Source: the human T2T-CHM13v2.0 reference genome, Homo sapiens
Strand: one strand, 5' to 3'
NCBI RefSeq assembly: GCF_009914755.1
Contig: NC_060944.1
Length of the DNA: 64,000 nt
Position numbers and translations under genes: made by a program. Positions 53,936 through 64,000 of this stretch are shown one piece after another. Under the pieces are notes generated by a model that was not told where the DNA came from, ran no database searches, and saw nothing but the letters and a program-made list of their open reading frames with translations. Every line of letters begins with the position of its first letter. Within the stretch, counting starts at the first letter, position 1.

Positions 53936-54390
53936 GTCAGCACGATGAGCATGATGAGATTAGTCCTGCTGATCTCCATGCAGATCAAGTAGAGAAGAAG
54001 GGTCTCACTGAGACCTAGGCGGGGCTTACAGTGCAATATGGCTGTCTTCTGCTGCCTCCTCCAAGTCCAGCCTGGAAGCTGGCTCATGGAAGTTAAGCTC
54101 CCCTTCCTCCAGCTTCCTGTAGGTTCAACTAGGGGGAAGCCCCAGCAGGAGACAGGTGCACAGTGAGGGCTTTATCCCCCTTTGCTGGCCCCTGCCAGGC
54201 ACCGAGGCTTCACCGTGTCTCCACAGAAGGCTCTCTCCACTCTGCACCCTTGTTGGTTCCCCAGGCCCACTGCACCATTCTTACAGCCTTCCCACTGGCT
54301 ACCCACAGCTCTGTAAATATTACATTCATTAAACTCCCTGTATTACCCAGGCTGACTGTGCCATCTGTTTCCTGAGAGGTCCTGACACAC
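53936..54390 (+). mobile_element. ERVL LTR (LTR33-like)
   Basis: 'tgtaaatattacattcattaaactc...tgtgccatctgtttcctg...cctgac' 3' end. Confidence 0.55.
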
Positions 54391-55059
54391 ACACAGAGTG
54401 TGATCTCATTAGCTAGAAAAAGTCAAATTACCCATGGATATACAGGCATGGAGACTCGTTTAGAAGCAAACATCAAACTGTCAATAATCACTACCCAAGG
54501 GAGGTAGGAGAAGGGATGTCCTTGAAAGACGGTCTTATAGAAAAAGAGAGAGAGAGAGACGGAAGGGATGGAGGGAACTTCATTTGCACCTTCTACTTCT
54601 CCATGGGCTTTGTTGTATGTTTGGTTTTTTATAATGAATGTGTACTGGTTTTCTAATTTAGAAAGTGCAGAACTGGAAACAAAATGCCACCAGCCCCGCT
54701 GGCTCTGCAGTAGCCTGGACAGTGTATACACTCTCTGGACTGGCAGAGTTGGCAGGTGTCCTTCTTGGGGAGTCTGTGTGGAGCCCAGGGACAGCTGACT
54801 CTGGACAGTGCCTGGGTCCCTCACCGTCCCCTCCCCAGTGCCTGATGCAGACCAAACTCTACCCAAAAAGTCACCTAAATTGTGGTTGGTTTTTTTTTGC
54901 AATAAACATATATTGCCTTTGTTCTCTCTACATGTATATGTAGATATACACAAACACATATACAATTAACATTATTATATATACAATTAACAAGTAATTA
55001 ACACAGTTGACAACTTTGTGGTTGTGTGTGTATACTCCTCTGTAAGGAAGAACAGGGGA

Positions 55060-55540
55060 CATAGCATGTACCACAGACTGGACACTGTTCTCAGTGCTTT
55101 GCACGTCTTAGCCCAATTCCTTTTTGCAACCGCTCTAAAGATGAGCCCCGTTACTGTTTGCATGGATAGGTTGAGGGGGTGGAGGCATGTACACATATAT
55201 GTAATGATCCAGCATGTTAATTGTGCTATACAAGTCCCCCATATCTTCTACTCCTGCTGGTCACTTTTGAGCTTGTCATTTCTCAGATGCGGAGGGCACA
55301 GTGTGCTGTGCACCTGCAGCCCAGGGGTTCTGAGCAGCAGCTCTGGTGCCGTGCTGCCTACGCTTGAGCCCTGGGTTGACATTTGCGAGCTGTGTGCCCT
55401 TGGGGAAGACACTGACTTATCTCGATCCCTCAGTACCCCCAGTTTACAATGGGATCAATAATGGGGACCACCTTTAAAACTGTAAAACGTAAACAGGGCA
55501 ATGTGTAAGGTGCTTAGAATAGTGTCCAGTCTGCAGTGTG
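55060..55540. mobile_element. Two MIR fragments (minus ~55060-55170, plus ~55360-55540)
   Basis: MIR landmarks 'agtgctttgcacg' and 'agctgtgtgcccttggg...aaggtgcttagaatagtg'. Confidence 0.65.
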
Positions 55541-55544
55541 AGCT

Positions 55545-56050
55545 ACGACCCCCGTTCTTCCTTGCTGGTGGGTCTTGTTAGTTGAGCAATGTTCCCCACT
55601 CTGAGTGACAGCTGGCTAGCTCATCACTGATCTGAGCCTGTCTTTGCAGTCTGTTGCTTCACTCGTACCTGAAAGGCACAGAGTGAGTCACTAGTCAATG
55701 GGTCTTTCAGGGAAAGTCAGATGGGGGAGGGCTGGAAAAACATGTGCTTTCCTGACAAACGGTTTACTTACAACTGTCATTACTCTTCATTTCCTCCTGC
55801 TTTCTTTCTGCCTCGACATCAGGTGTGATGTTTGGAGTTATAGCAGCCGCCTTGCAACCATGAGGCAAGAAGCTGGAAAGACAAGCCAAGAGACTAAAAC
55901 ACTGTGACATCACATCTGACAAAATTGAGCCACTGAACCAATGCCAGCAGCTGTGTCCTCCAGATTTCTTCTTATGTGGGGCAAGACCTTTATTATTTAA
56001 GCCACCAGTGGTCTGATAGTGTTACCTGAAGCCAAACAGACTCCTGTTTG
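55545..56050 (+). mobile_element. Old MLT1 LTR
   Basis: 'gcagccgccttgcaaccatgagg...ttattatttaagccac...gttacctgaagccaaa'. Confidence 0.7.
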
Positions 56051-56199
56051 AAACAGTGTGTTTGTTTCCCACTTATCATTGAGGATCTGTCAATGTCTCC
56101 CTCTCTCTCTCTCTTTATTTAATCTCCAGGGCAGAATGACGAGTTAATCCTACTCCTCGGGTCCTGGCACATCATCATTGGTCCAATCTCGAGAGATTG

Positions 56200-56830
56200 A
56201 TTAATTGGTTGATTCCCTTTCATTCCCTTTCCCTACTTTCTTTCCTTTCCCATTCATAGGCAGCCATTCTAATGCATGTAATATATTACATATTTCCAAC
56301 TTGCAGGCATTCATATGTGATTTGCATTGTCTTGTGTGCACATGTATTTTTATCTTATATAAATGGTATTGTGCCGTATATCTTTTGCTTCTTGCACTCT
56401 GCACTGTGTTCTTAGAATCCACGCATGTTGCAATGTGCGTGTCTCATCCATTGTTCTAACGCTGCTCAGAGCTCCCAGAGTGCATCCTCCTTGTGGTGGA
56501 CTTCCACGTAAGTTCTCTCCCCTCACCACCACCACTAATGCTAGAATGATCATCATTGTACAGGTCTTCTTATGCACTCTAATGATAACTCATCTGGGGT
56601 TGATATCCAGAAGAGGAATGGCGGGGTCCCATACTTTTACATGTACTTAATTAGATTCAACAGTGCCTGCTGTTCTTTAGAATGGCTGCATCAGACTATC
56701 CTCCCAACAGAAAATTTTTCATCCTTTTTTTATTACCTTTTGCATTTTGAGTTTCCCTTGTTAGGTAGACTAATATTCAAGGCTTTCTTTCATGGGGTTT
56801 TCCTGTTGTTAACATGCAATTTCTCTCTTT
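56200..56830 (-). mobile_element. L1ME-type fragment
   Basis: 'ggcagccattcta...tttcc...aaatggtatt...atccacgcatgttgc...ccagaagaggaatggcgggg'. Confidence 0.6.
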
Positions 56831-57084
56831 GTCCATTTCAAAGCTCTTCACCTTGAATTCCATTTAGTTGGGCCTCAGAGCCTGAGCGTTTCCCAATTTT
56901 TCATGCAGCCTTTCTGACTCAAAGCTCGTGCCTGCTAATCCTGTATGATCAAGATTTATGTCAATGCCTGCAGTTCACGCATGCCCACTGTTAAGATGGG
57001 ATAATGCCTCATGATGGATTCTTCAAAACAACAGCCTTTGCCAGCAAAGAAAAAGAGACAGACTGTCCAAGAGGTAAAGTGAAC

Positions 57085-57575
57085 ATCTGTTGTTTACGTC
57101 TGCCCAGAATCCATTCCCTCTTCTGGCCATGGCACCATAGTTTTTGTCTGGGGTCCACCCCTCCCCCACTTCTACTCTGTGAAGCTCCGTCTCTCCCCAA
57201 GTCCAGTCCTGGCTGATCAGAGTATCCACACTCCCAGCCACAGCAATTGGTTCAGCAGTGGGCAGCTGACCCAGGCCATTTGATAAAATGTTGAACTAGC
57301 ACATTAGCTGTAACTCTTTAGGAAGAGGTGTTCTCTTTTGCTAAGATTTCTAAGCTTGCAGAGTATAGCCTGAAACTCCCTGAAATGGGAGACAGAGTTG
57401 AGAGAGAGAGAGATAAAGGGAAAGAGTCAAAACTTCATTACATCATCATTGAGCTACTGGATTCAGCCATGGCTGAAGCCCAATTACCTGTTTGTTTCAA
57501 CTACGTGGCTCAATAAAATCCCCTATTTGAATGAGACAGCTTGAGTTGGATTTCCATCCCATACCGCTGAACATG
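57085..57575 (+). mobile_element. Old MLT1 LTR
   Basis: 'attggttcagcagtgggcagctgacccagg...ctggattcagcc...caataaaatccc...ttgagttggattt'. Confidence 0.65.
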
Positions 57576-57590
57576 CAGCATGCATTGGTG

Positions 57591-57672
57591 AGTGAGTGGT
57601 AGAGAGCTTCAGTGATAATACAGTGAGTGGTAGAGAGCTTCAGTGATAATACAGTGAGTGGCAGAGAGCTTC
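57591..57672. repeat. 31-bp minisatellite, ~2.6 copies
   Basis: AGTGAGTGGTAGAGAGCTTCAGTGATAATAC twice exactly, plus a partial third copy. Confidence 0.95.
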
Positions 57673-57739
57673 TCCCAGGGCCTGTGGGAAAAAAAAAAAG
57701 CCCTGTCCGTCAATCATCTGTTAGGCAACTGCCCACTTC

Positions 57740-58165
57740 TTCAAACTCATATCTTACCATGCTTCCCCTCCCTGACTGTGTTCCAGCCACACCAGCTTCC
57801 TGGCTATTCTGGGAACACACTAGCTTGTCCTGTGCACTTGCTGTTGTTCCCTCTGCCTAGAGTGTCCTTCTGCCGAACTGCCGGATTGTTTCCTTCTCAT
57901 GCCTCAGGACTCAGCTCAAGTGTTACCCCCTCATAGGGACCTCCTTGGCAAGCCCCTCTCGATGCAACCGTCAGTCTGCTCTGCAGCTCAGCACAGCAGC
58001 CACCTGGGCGATGGCTTCTTGGGCATTTGGTCCTTTACTTGGCTGTTGCTTGTCTCCTCTGCCAGAATTAAGCTGTTTTGTCACCACTGCAACCCGAGTG
58101 TTTACGCGGATGCCCGGTTCATGGAAGATACTCCATAAATATATGTGAAATAAATGAAGGAATGA
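57740..58165 (+). mobile_element. L2 3' region
   Basis: L2 body ending 'cataaatatatgtgaaataaatgaa'. Confidence 0.7.
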
Positions 58166-58293
58166 AGAGGTTAGGAGGAAGAGAGAAAAGAAAGGAAGGC
58201 AGGAAGGAAGGGCAGAAGGAAGAGAAGGAGGGGGAGAAAGGCAAAGGAGGAAGGGAGGAAAGTCGGGGGCAGGGAAGGGAGGAGGAGGAGGAC
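58165..58293. repeat. GA-rich polypurine tract
   Basis: Nearly pure purine low-complexity sequence. Confidence 0.85.
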
Positions 58294-58922
58294 GGACTCA
58301 CTCAAATGCTTCAGGTTTAAGGGTCACTTCTTTTTTGTTCATACCCTCAGACTTGGCCCAAAAGCAAACTCAGAAACAAGAGTCCTTGAAATCTCATCTC
58401 AAATGTCCCTCTGGCCTGCTACTTAATTAAGTGACCCCATAATGAAATTTCTTCCCATTGAGTCTGTATTTAATAATTAATTGACCTCTTCAGCCCAGCC
58501 AGGCTTGGAGGCTCATCAATTATACATCTTTCCCATCTGCACTCAACACTCACCTCCCAGGAAAAAAGAGTCCAAAGAGGAGAGGCTGGGAGTGACTGGA
58601 GGCGAGCACTGGCTCCTCTGCGGGGTGAAGTTACTCCCAGAATGGTGACCTGCTAGGGACAGATGGAGAGGAATGAAAGGGGCTAGATTCAATCTCGGGC
58701 CTGAAGTTTATTCTGAGGCATCATCTTGCAAAAGACAAAATTAGTAATAAAAAGTTAGGCATGAAAGTAAACATTTATCTAGAAAAGCTAAATAACAACC
58801 AATTACTTTGTTATGGCAAAACCCACAAAATCCCATAAAAACAACACAATATTTTTATTAATTAACTAATTGTCTGGCCTGCTTGAAGTGTCATCAATTT
58901 AGTGAGTATTTAAGACTAGCTA

Positions 58923-59222
58923 CTCACACCTATAATCTCAGCACATTGGGAGGCCAAGGTAGGCGGATCACCTGAGGTCAGGAGTTCAAGACCAGCCTAG
59001 ACAACATGGTGAAACCCCATCTCTACTAGAAACAGAAAAATTAGCTGGTTATGGAGGCACGTGCCTGTAATCCCAGCTACTTGGGAGGCTGAGGCAAGAG
59101 CGAATCTCTTGAACCCAAGAGGTGGAAGTTGCAGTGAGCCGAGATTACACCACTGCACTCGAGCCTGGGCGACAGAGCAAGACTCCATCTCAAAAAAAAA
59201 AAAAAAAAGATCAAAAAAAAAA
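58923..59222 (+). mobile_element. AluS, slightly 5'-truncated
   Basis: Begins 'ctcacacctataatc'; TSD-like AAGACTAGCTA / AAAACTAGTTA. Confidence 0.95.
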
Positions 59223-59473
59223 ACTAGTTACTTACTTCACAACAAAATTTGAAATGGCCTGAATGTTTTAGCTCCTGTAGGAAAAAACTTGATTGTCATT
59301 TTCCCTTTTGGCCAGACTCTTTGATTGTCTTTTCTCATCAATATCATTTTCTACAGAGAGCAGAGAGAAAAGAAAGGTAACTCATTCTTTTCTTTAGAAA
59401 GTTGATCAGAAAAAAAAAAGAAAGAAAAAAAAGGAAAAGAAAAGTCTGACCATTTAGAAGTTTCTTTTGGCTT

Positions 59474-59850
59474 TGTAACCTGTCAGGGCTGTCACTACGA
59501 AGTAACACAGCCTGTGTGCCTTAAGAAATAGGAATTTATTTTCTTACAGTGCTGGAGGCTGGAGGCCTATGATCAAGGTGCTGGCAGAGTTGGTTTCTTC
59601 TGAGGCCCCCTCCTTGGTCTGTAGATGGCCGTCTCCTCTTCACACAGCCTTCCCTCTGTGCATTTCTGTGTCCTGATTTCCTCTTCTTAAGGACACCGGT
59701 CATATTGGATTAGGGCCCACCAATATGACCTGATTTACACTTAATCTTTAAAGACCCTCCCTATCTCCAAATACAGTCACATTCTAAGACACTAGGGTTA
59801 GGACTTCAACATATAAATTTGGGGGAGGAACACATAATTCAGCTGACAGC
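59474..59850 (-). mobile_element. MLT1A-type LTR
   Basis: 'aatttattttcttacagtgctggaggctgg...tcatattggattagggcccac...ggacttcaacatat'. Confidence 0.88.
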
Positions 59851-60677
59851 ACACACATTTACAGGGCAGTTGTCAAATTTGGGGAAACCACTATCAAGTT
59901 TCTTTCCTACATGAGCTAAAACATTTTAAGGCATTTCAAGTCTTCTAAGCACAGCAACTAACCTAAAATACCTGATGCGTTGGTAACTCTTCTCAACCAG
60001 TTTGTCAATGACATCTCTGTGCTGTGATGCTTCATCGGGATCAGAGCGGGCAGGTGGCATTTTCTAGAATTCCATTCTCACACTTGAAGGACAGCAATGA
60101 TTTACCCATAGAGACAACTGCAAGCCACATACAATATGTCGTGGTAGCCAAAGTGAATGCAATCCCAACCAAACCCCGCTTTGACCAGACCCCAACAGCG
60201 CCCGCGGCCACCCCAGCACCACTCCGTGCAAGGGAAAGTGCAGGGAAAGTCAAAAGACAAAATTAGTAATAAAAAGTTAGGCTGGGAAAGTCAAAAGACA
60301 AAATTCATTTTATTCAGCTGTGACTCCGTAGTGCCCATTGCCATCTAACATAGTACATATTGGTTTGTTTTTGTTAGCAGAAAGAAACAGTGGTCTTAAT
60401 GGGCTGCCATTCAAATATCTTGCTTTTACAAATTTCACAAACATGTGCCTTGATTTTTACAAATTTCACAAACATGTGAACATAGCGTTAGGGCCCTTCC
60501 CAGGGCTTTGGAATGTCCCTGGGCAGGTGATGGGCCCTGAAGCTTAAACTTTATAAACTTCCCAGTAAATCTGCCTCCAAGTGGGTCCAGATTGTGAGCT
60601 TCCTCTCCTGCAACCCCATGCAACCCCTGGCCAGGCCAGAGTTCCAAAAAGAGAGAGAACAAACAGAGCTTTTTTGG

Positions 60678-61145
60678 TGTTGTGTTTCTTAAGGCCACTG
60701 CCCACCTGAACTGCGGCAATTAACCACAGAGTTGAAGGGTTAAAACAACAGAAACGTGTTCTCTCACAGTTCTGGTGGCCAGAACTCCAAAATCAAGGTT
60801 TCAGCAGGGCCGCGCCCTCTAAAGTTTCTACAGGAGGCTCCTTTCTGGCCTCTTCCAGCTGCTGGGAGCTCCTAGTGTTCCTTGGCTGTGACCACATCAC
60901 TCCCATCTCTGCCTCCATCTGCACGTGGCCTTCTCTCCGTGTCTCTGTGCGTCTTCTTCTTGTTCTCTTTTAAGGAGGCTGGTCATTGGATTTAGGGCCC
61001 ACACTAATCCAGGATGATCTCATCTTGAGACCCTTACCTTAATTATGTCTGCAAAGACCCTTATTCCAATTACGGTCACATTCACAGGTACCAGGGTTAG
61101 GACCTGGACATATCTTTTGGGGAAGACACTATTTAACTCACCACA
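60678..61145 (-). mobile_element. MLT1B/C LTR
   Basis: 'ttaaaacaacagaaa...ctctcacagttctgg...gtcattggatttagggccc...ctatttaactcaccaca'. Confidence 0.88.
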
Positions 61146-61569
61146 GGGGGGTTAACCATGTTCTCATCTTTCATGACCATTAAGGAGAGCAGGCCTAGGC
61201 CTCAGTGGTTTAATAAAGGAAAGACCACCCTTCATGCCTAAAAATCCCACCATTATGACTCCCCTTAAGGCTGCTTTTATCCATCACCTGCAGGCTCTGG
61301 AAGCAAATGCTCTGCAGACAGGTTTTTCTCCCACCCAGGAGTTGCCCAGACTTCAACCTATTTCTCAACTTCATGGTGATTTTCATATCCACAAACCACT
61401 TCATTAATGTTTTACCATCCACTTAATGTTCTCCTTCCAATAGATTTATTTTTAAAAATTCAGCCTCATCCTAAGCAGTAATGCCCTTGAAATTGGGGCA
61501 TTGATGTGTCACTTCTATTTTTTCCTATACATACTTGAACAACTGGAGTTTGCATGTATTGATCTCTGC

Positions 61570-61700
61570 CTTTGTGTCATAGCTAAGTCCTGGTGATTTC
61601 ATCCTCACGTCAACCCTGCAAGGAAGGAACTGTTACTACCACCCCCATTTTACAGTTGAGAAAATGTAGGTAGAGAAAGGGTCAGTAACTTGAGCCAGGT
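61570..61700 (-). mobile_element. MIR
   Basis: 'ccccattttacagttgagaaaatgtagg'. Confidence 0.7.
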
Positions 61701-62581
61701 AAGAAGGGACAAAATGGAGAGCCCTGGGGGAAGGGACAGAGGAAGGAGAAAACAGACTGCAGGCTGGTTCTTGGTGTGTAAGGGTGGATGGGGAAGCAGG
61801 AGGGAGAGAACAGGGGGAGGAGAAGGGAACAGGGCAAGGAGAGAAGGGAAGCGGAGTTTCAAGGGATGAAATAAATCCTGAGCCCAGAAGTGGAGAAAGG
61901 TCACCAGGTCCTCACTTTGCAGAAGTCTTGACTTTGCCAGGCACTGTATTCCATCCATAACAATGAGACAGAGGTCTGTCCTGTAGATCAGAGCTCCACT
62001 CCATCGTTCAACATAGAGATTCAAGATGAAGATGAAGGGATTTTATTGAGGGCAGTGGGGGTCACAGCCACCCCCCATTGCCCTGGGAAAGAACTCCTTT
62101 AGAGGCTCGTCCTTTAGCCCCTCCCCATCAATGCTGACACAGCCGAGGTTGCCGCTGGCTGCCCACCTGAAATTCCCCTATCACCAACTTAGCTTCTCCC
62201 TGCCCCCATCCAAATTTCCCCTGTGGGTCCCTCGGGCTCAATAAGATGCTACAGGTTGGCCCAGAAACTGAGTGGAGCTGGAGCGTTCCTCACTCACCCC
62301 TTTCATCACAGCTGCTGTGAACTGAGTGCCAGGCTCTGCGCTAGGCCCTGGGGATATGACAATGAACAAGCCAAAGTCCTAGCCTCCCAGAGGTGACATT
62401 CCCTGGAAAGTATTAGGATGAGCCAGCTGCTGCCACCAACAAGCCTTGAATCTCAGCTGTTTAATTTTAAAAGGAAGAAAAAGTTTATTTCTCATTCACA
62501 TCACAGCCCACTGCAGGTTGGCAGGTAAGGGCCCGAGGGACCCTACGAGTTCTTCCATTCAATGGCTCTGCCGTCGTGAGC

Positions 62582-63320
62582 CTGGCATTCTTAACCCATT
62601 GCGTGCTTCTGGACCTCTTTGTGTGATAGTATTTTAAAATCCTTCAATTGTCATTAAAAAATAAAACACCTAGGACTATGAAGAATACCAATTATATTGA
62701 AACATAATTATCCAGTATTTTTCTCAATTCATCACTTAGTAATATGAATTCTTCTTTTTAACACATTAAATAACAAGACCTAGTGGCAGATCTGATAATT
62801 ACTGTAATTTCAAAGTAGTAATGAGTGTAAATCTATGGTCAGCAAACTACTACAGATGGGCCAAATTGGGTAAACATGCCACCTGTTTTTTTCAAGTTTT
62901 ATTGGCACACAACCATAGTCATTTATTTGTATAATGTCTGTGGCTGTGTTTGTTCTACAACAGCAGAATCAAATCGTTCCAACAGAAACTGTATGGCCTA
63001 AAATATTTACTATCTGTGTCTTTACAGGAAAAGTTTGCAGTTAACAGTATTTTTGAGACATTTGCAGCAACTGTCATGTAATATGAAGGCATTTATGGTT
63101 TCTAGGGAAAAAGTCACAGGCCTTGCTGCCACCATTGTGGCTTGTTGGCTACATTCATTATTGAAGAAAATGATAATTTTCAATTCAAGGTGAGTAAAAA
63201 TAAAGACACAATATTTTAAAGATCCAAATTCAGAGATTCCCCCTCTGCCTTTTAGCCACAGATCTCTGTAGGGGGGTCTCAGGACTGATCCCAGGTTAGA
63301 AAGCCCAGGTTAAAAAACCC
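62582..63320 (+). mobile_element. MER119 (hAT-Charlie) with nested MER58A (~62835-63040)
   Basis: 'ccaattatattgaaa...attaaataacaagacctag...gtaatttcaaagtagt' resumes after MER58A as 'tttgagacatttgcagcaactg'. Confidence 0.75.
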
Positions 63321-63322
63321 TA

Positions 63323-63667
<345 letters not shown>

Positions 63668-64000
63668 TCAGGGGCTCTCTCCCAGATCCTCTGCACCCAC
63701 AGGTGACAAGGGAGGAGAGCAAGTATGGAGGATCCTGCAGGAGGTTTTGTAGCCCAAGACAAAAGGTGGCGTCCATCACTTCTACCATTTTCAGAACTCG
63801 ATGACAGGGTCACGCCCAGTTTCAAGGGATGCTGGAAAATGCAGTTAAGCGGTGTACTTAACACAAATATTTCGTAGAGCTAACAAAAACAAACCAATAT
63901 GTACTATGTTAGATGGGAATGGGCACTATGGAGTCAAAGCTGAATAAAATGAATAGCTAATTCCAGCATGAACCATGATTTTAAATAGCATGGCAAGGAA

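Larger units (their letters stand above)
58680..60580. mobile_element. hAT-Tip100 DNA transposon remnant (Zaphod/MER115-like), interrupted by an Alu and MLT1A
   Basis: Left end 'gggcctgaagtt...'; right end 'agggcccttcccagggc...gggccctgaagctta...gtaaatctgcctc'. Confidence 0.55.

Overview
This is primate (most likely human or great ape) non-coding genomic DNA. I cannot place the locus from the sequence alone. I find no supportable protein-coding exon, processed pseudogene, tRNA/rRNA gene or CpG island; the listed ORFs come from Alu/L2/LTR/VNTR sequence or are chance frames. The window is dense in interspersed repeats: 19 Alus (J, S and Y types, many with readable target-site duplications), L2 and MIR fragments, old L1M 3' ends, MaLR LTRs (MST, THE1, MLT1), ERV1/ERVL LTRs and hAT DNA transposons, often nested. 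Repeat subfamily names are from my recall of consensus sequences and need RepeatMasker/Dfam confirmation. The most notable non-TE elements are: (i) a ~2.5-kb minisatellite of ~68 x 37 bp, each unit carrying AATAAA on the minus strand plus overlapping E-box/FOX/HOX13-type motifs; (ii) several co-oriented CTCF motifs, one with the upstream module; (iii) repeat-free, TAAT-rich islands that look like developmental enhancers; (iv) a ~210-nt segment with nested stems; (v) a perfect L2-derived hairpin; (vi) a templated-insertion scar; and (vii) weak lncRNA exon candidates. None of these is a demonstrated new biological system. They are testable leads.
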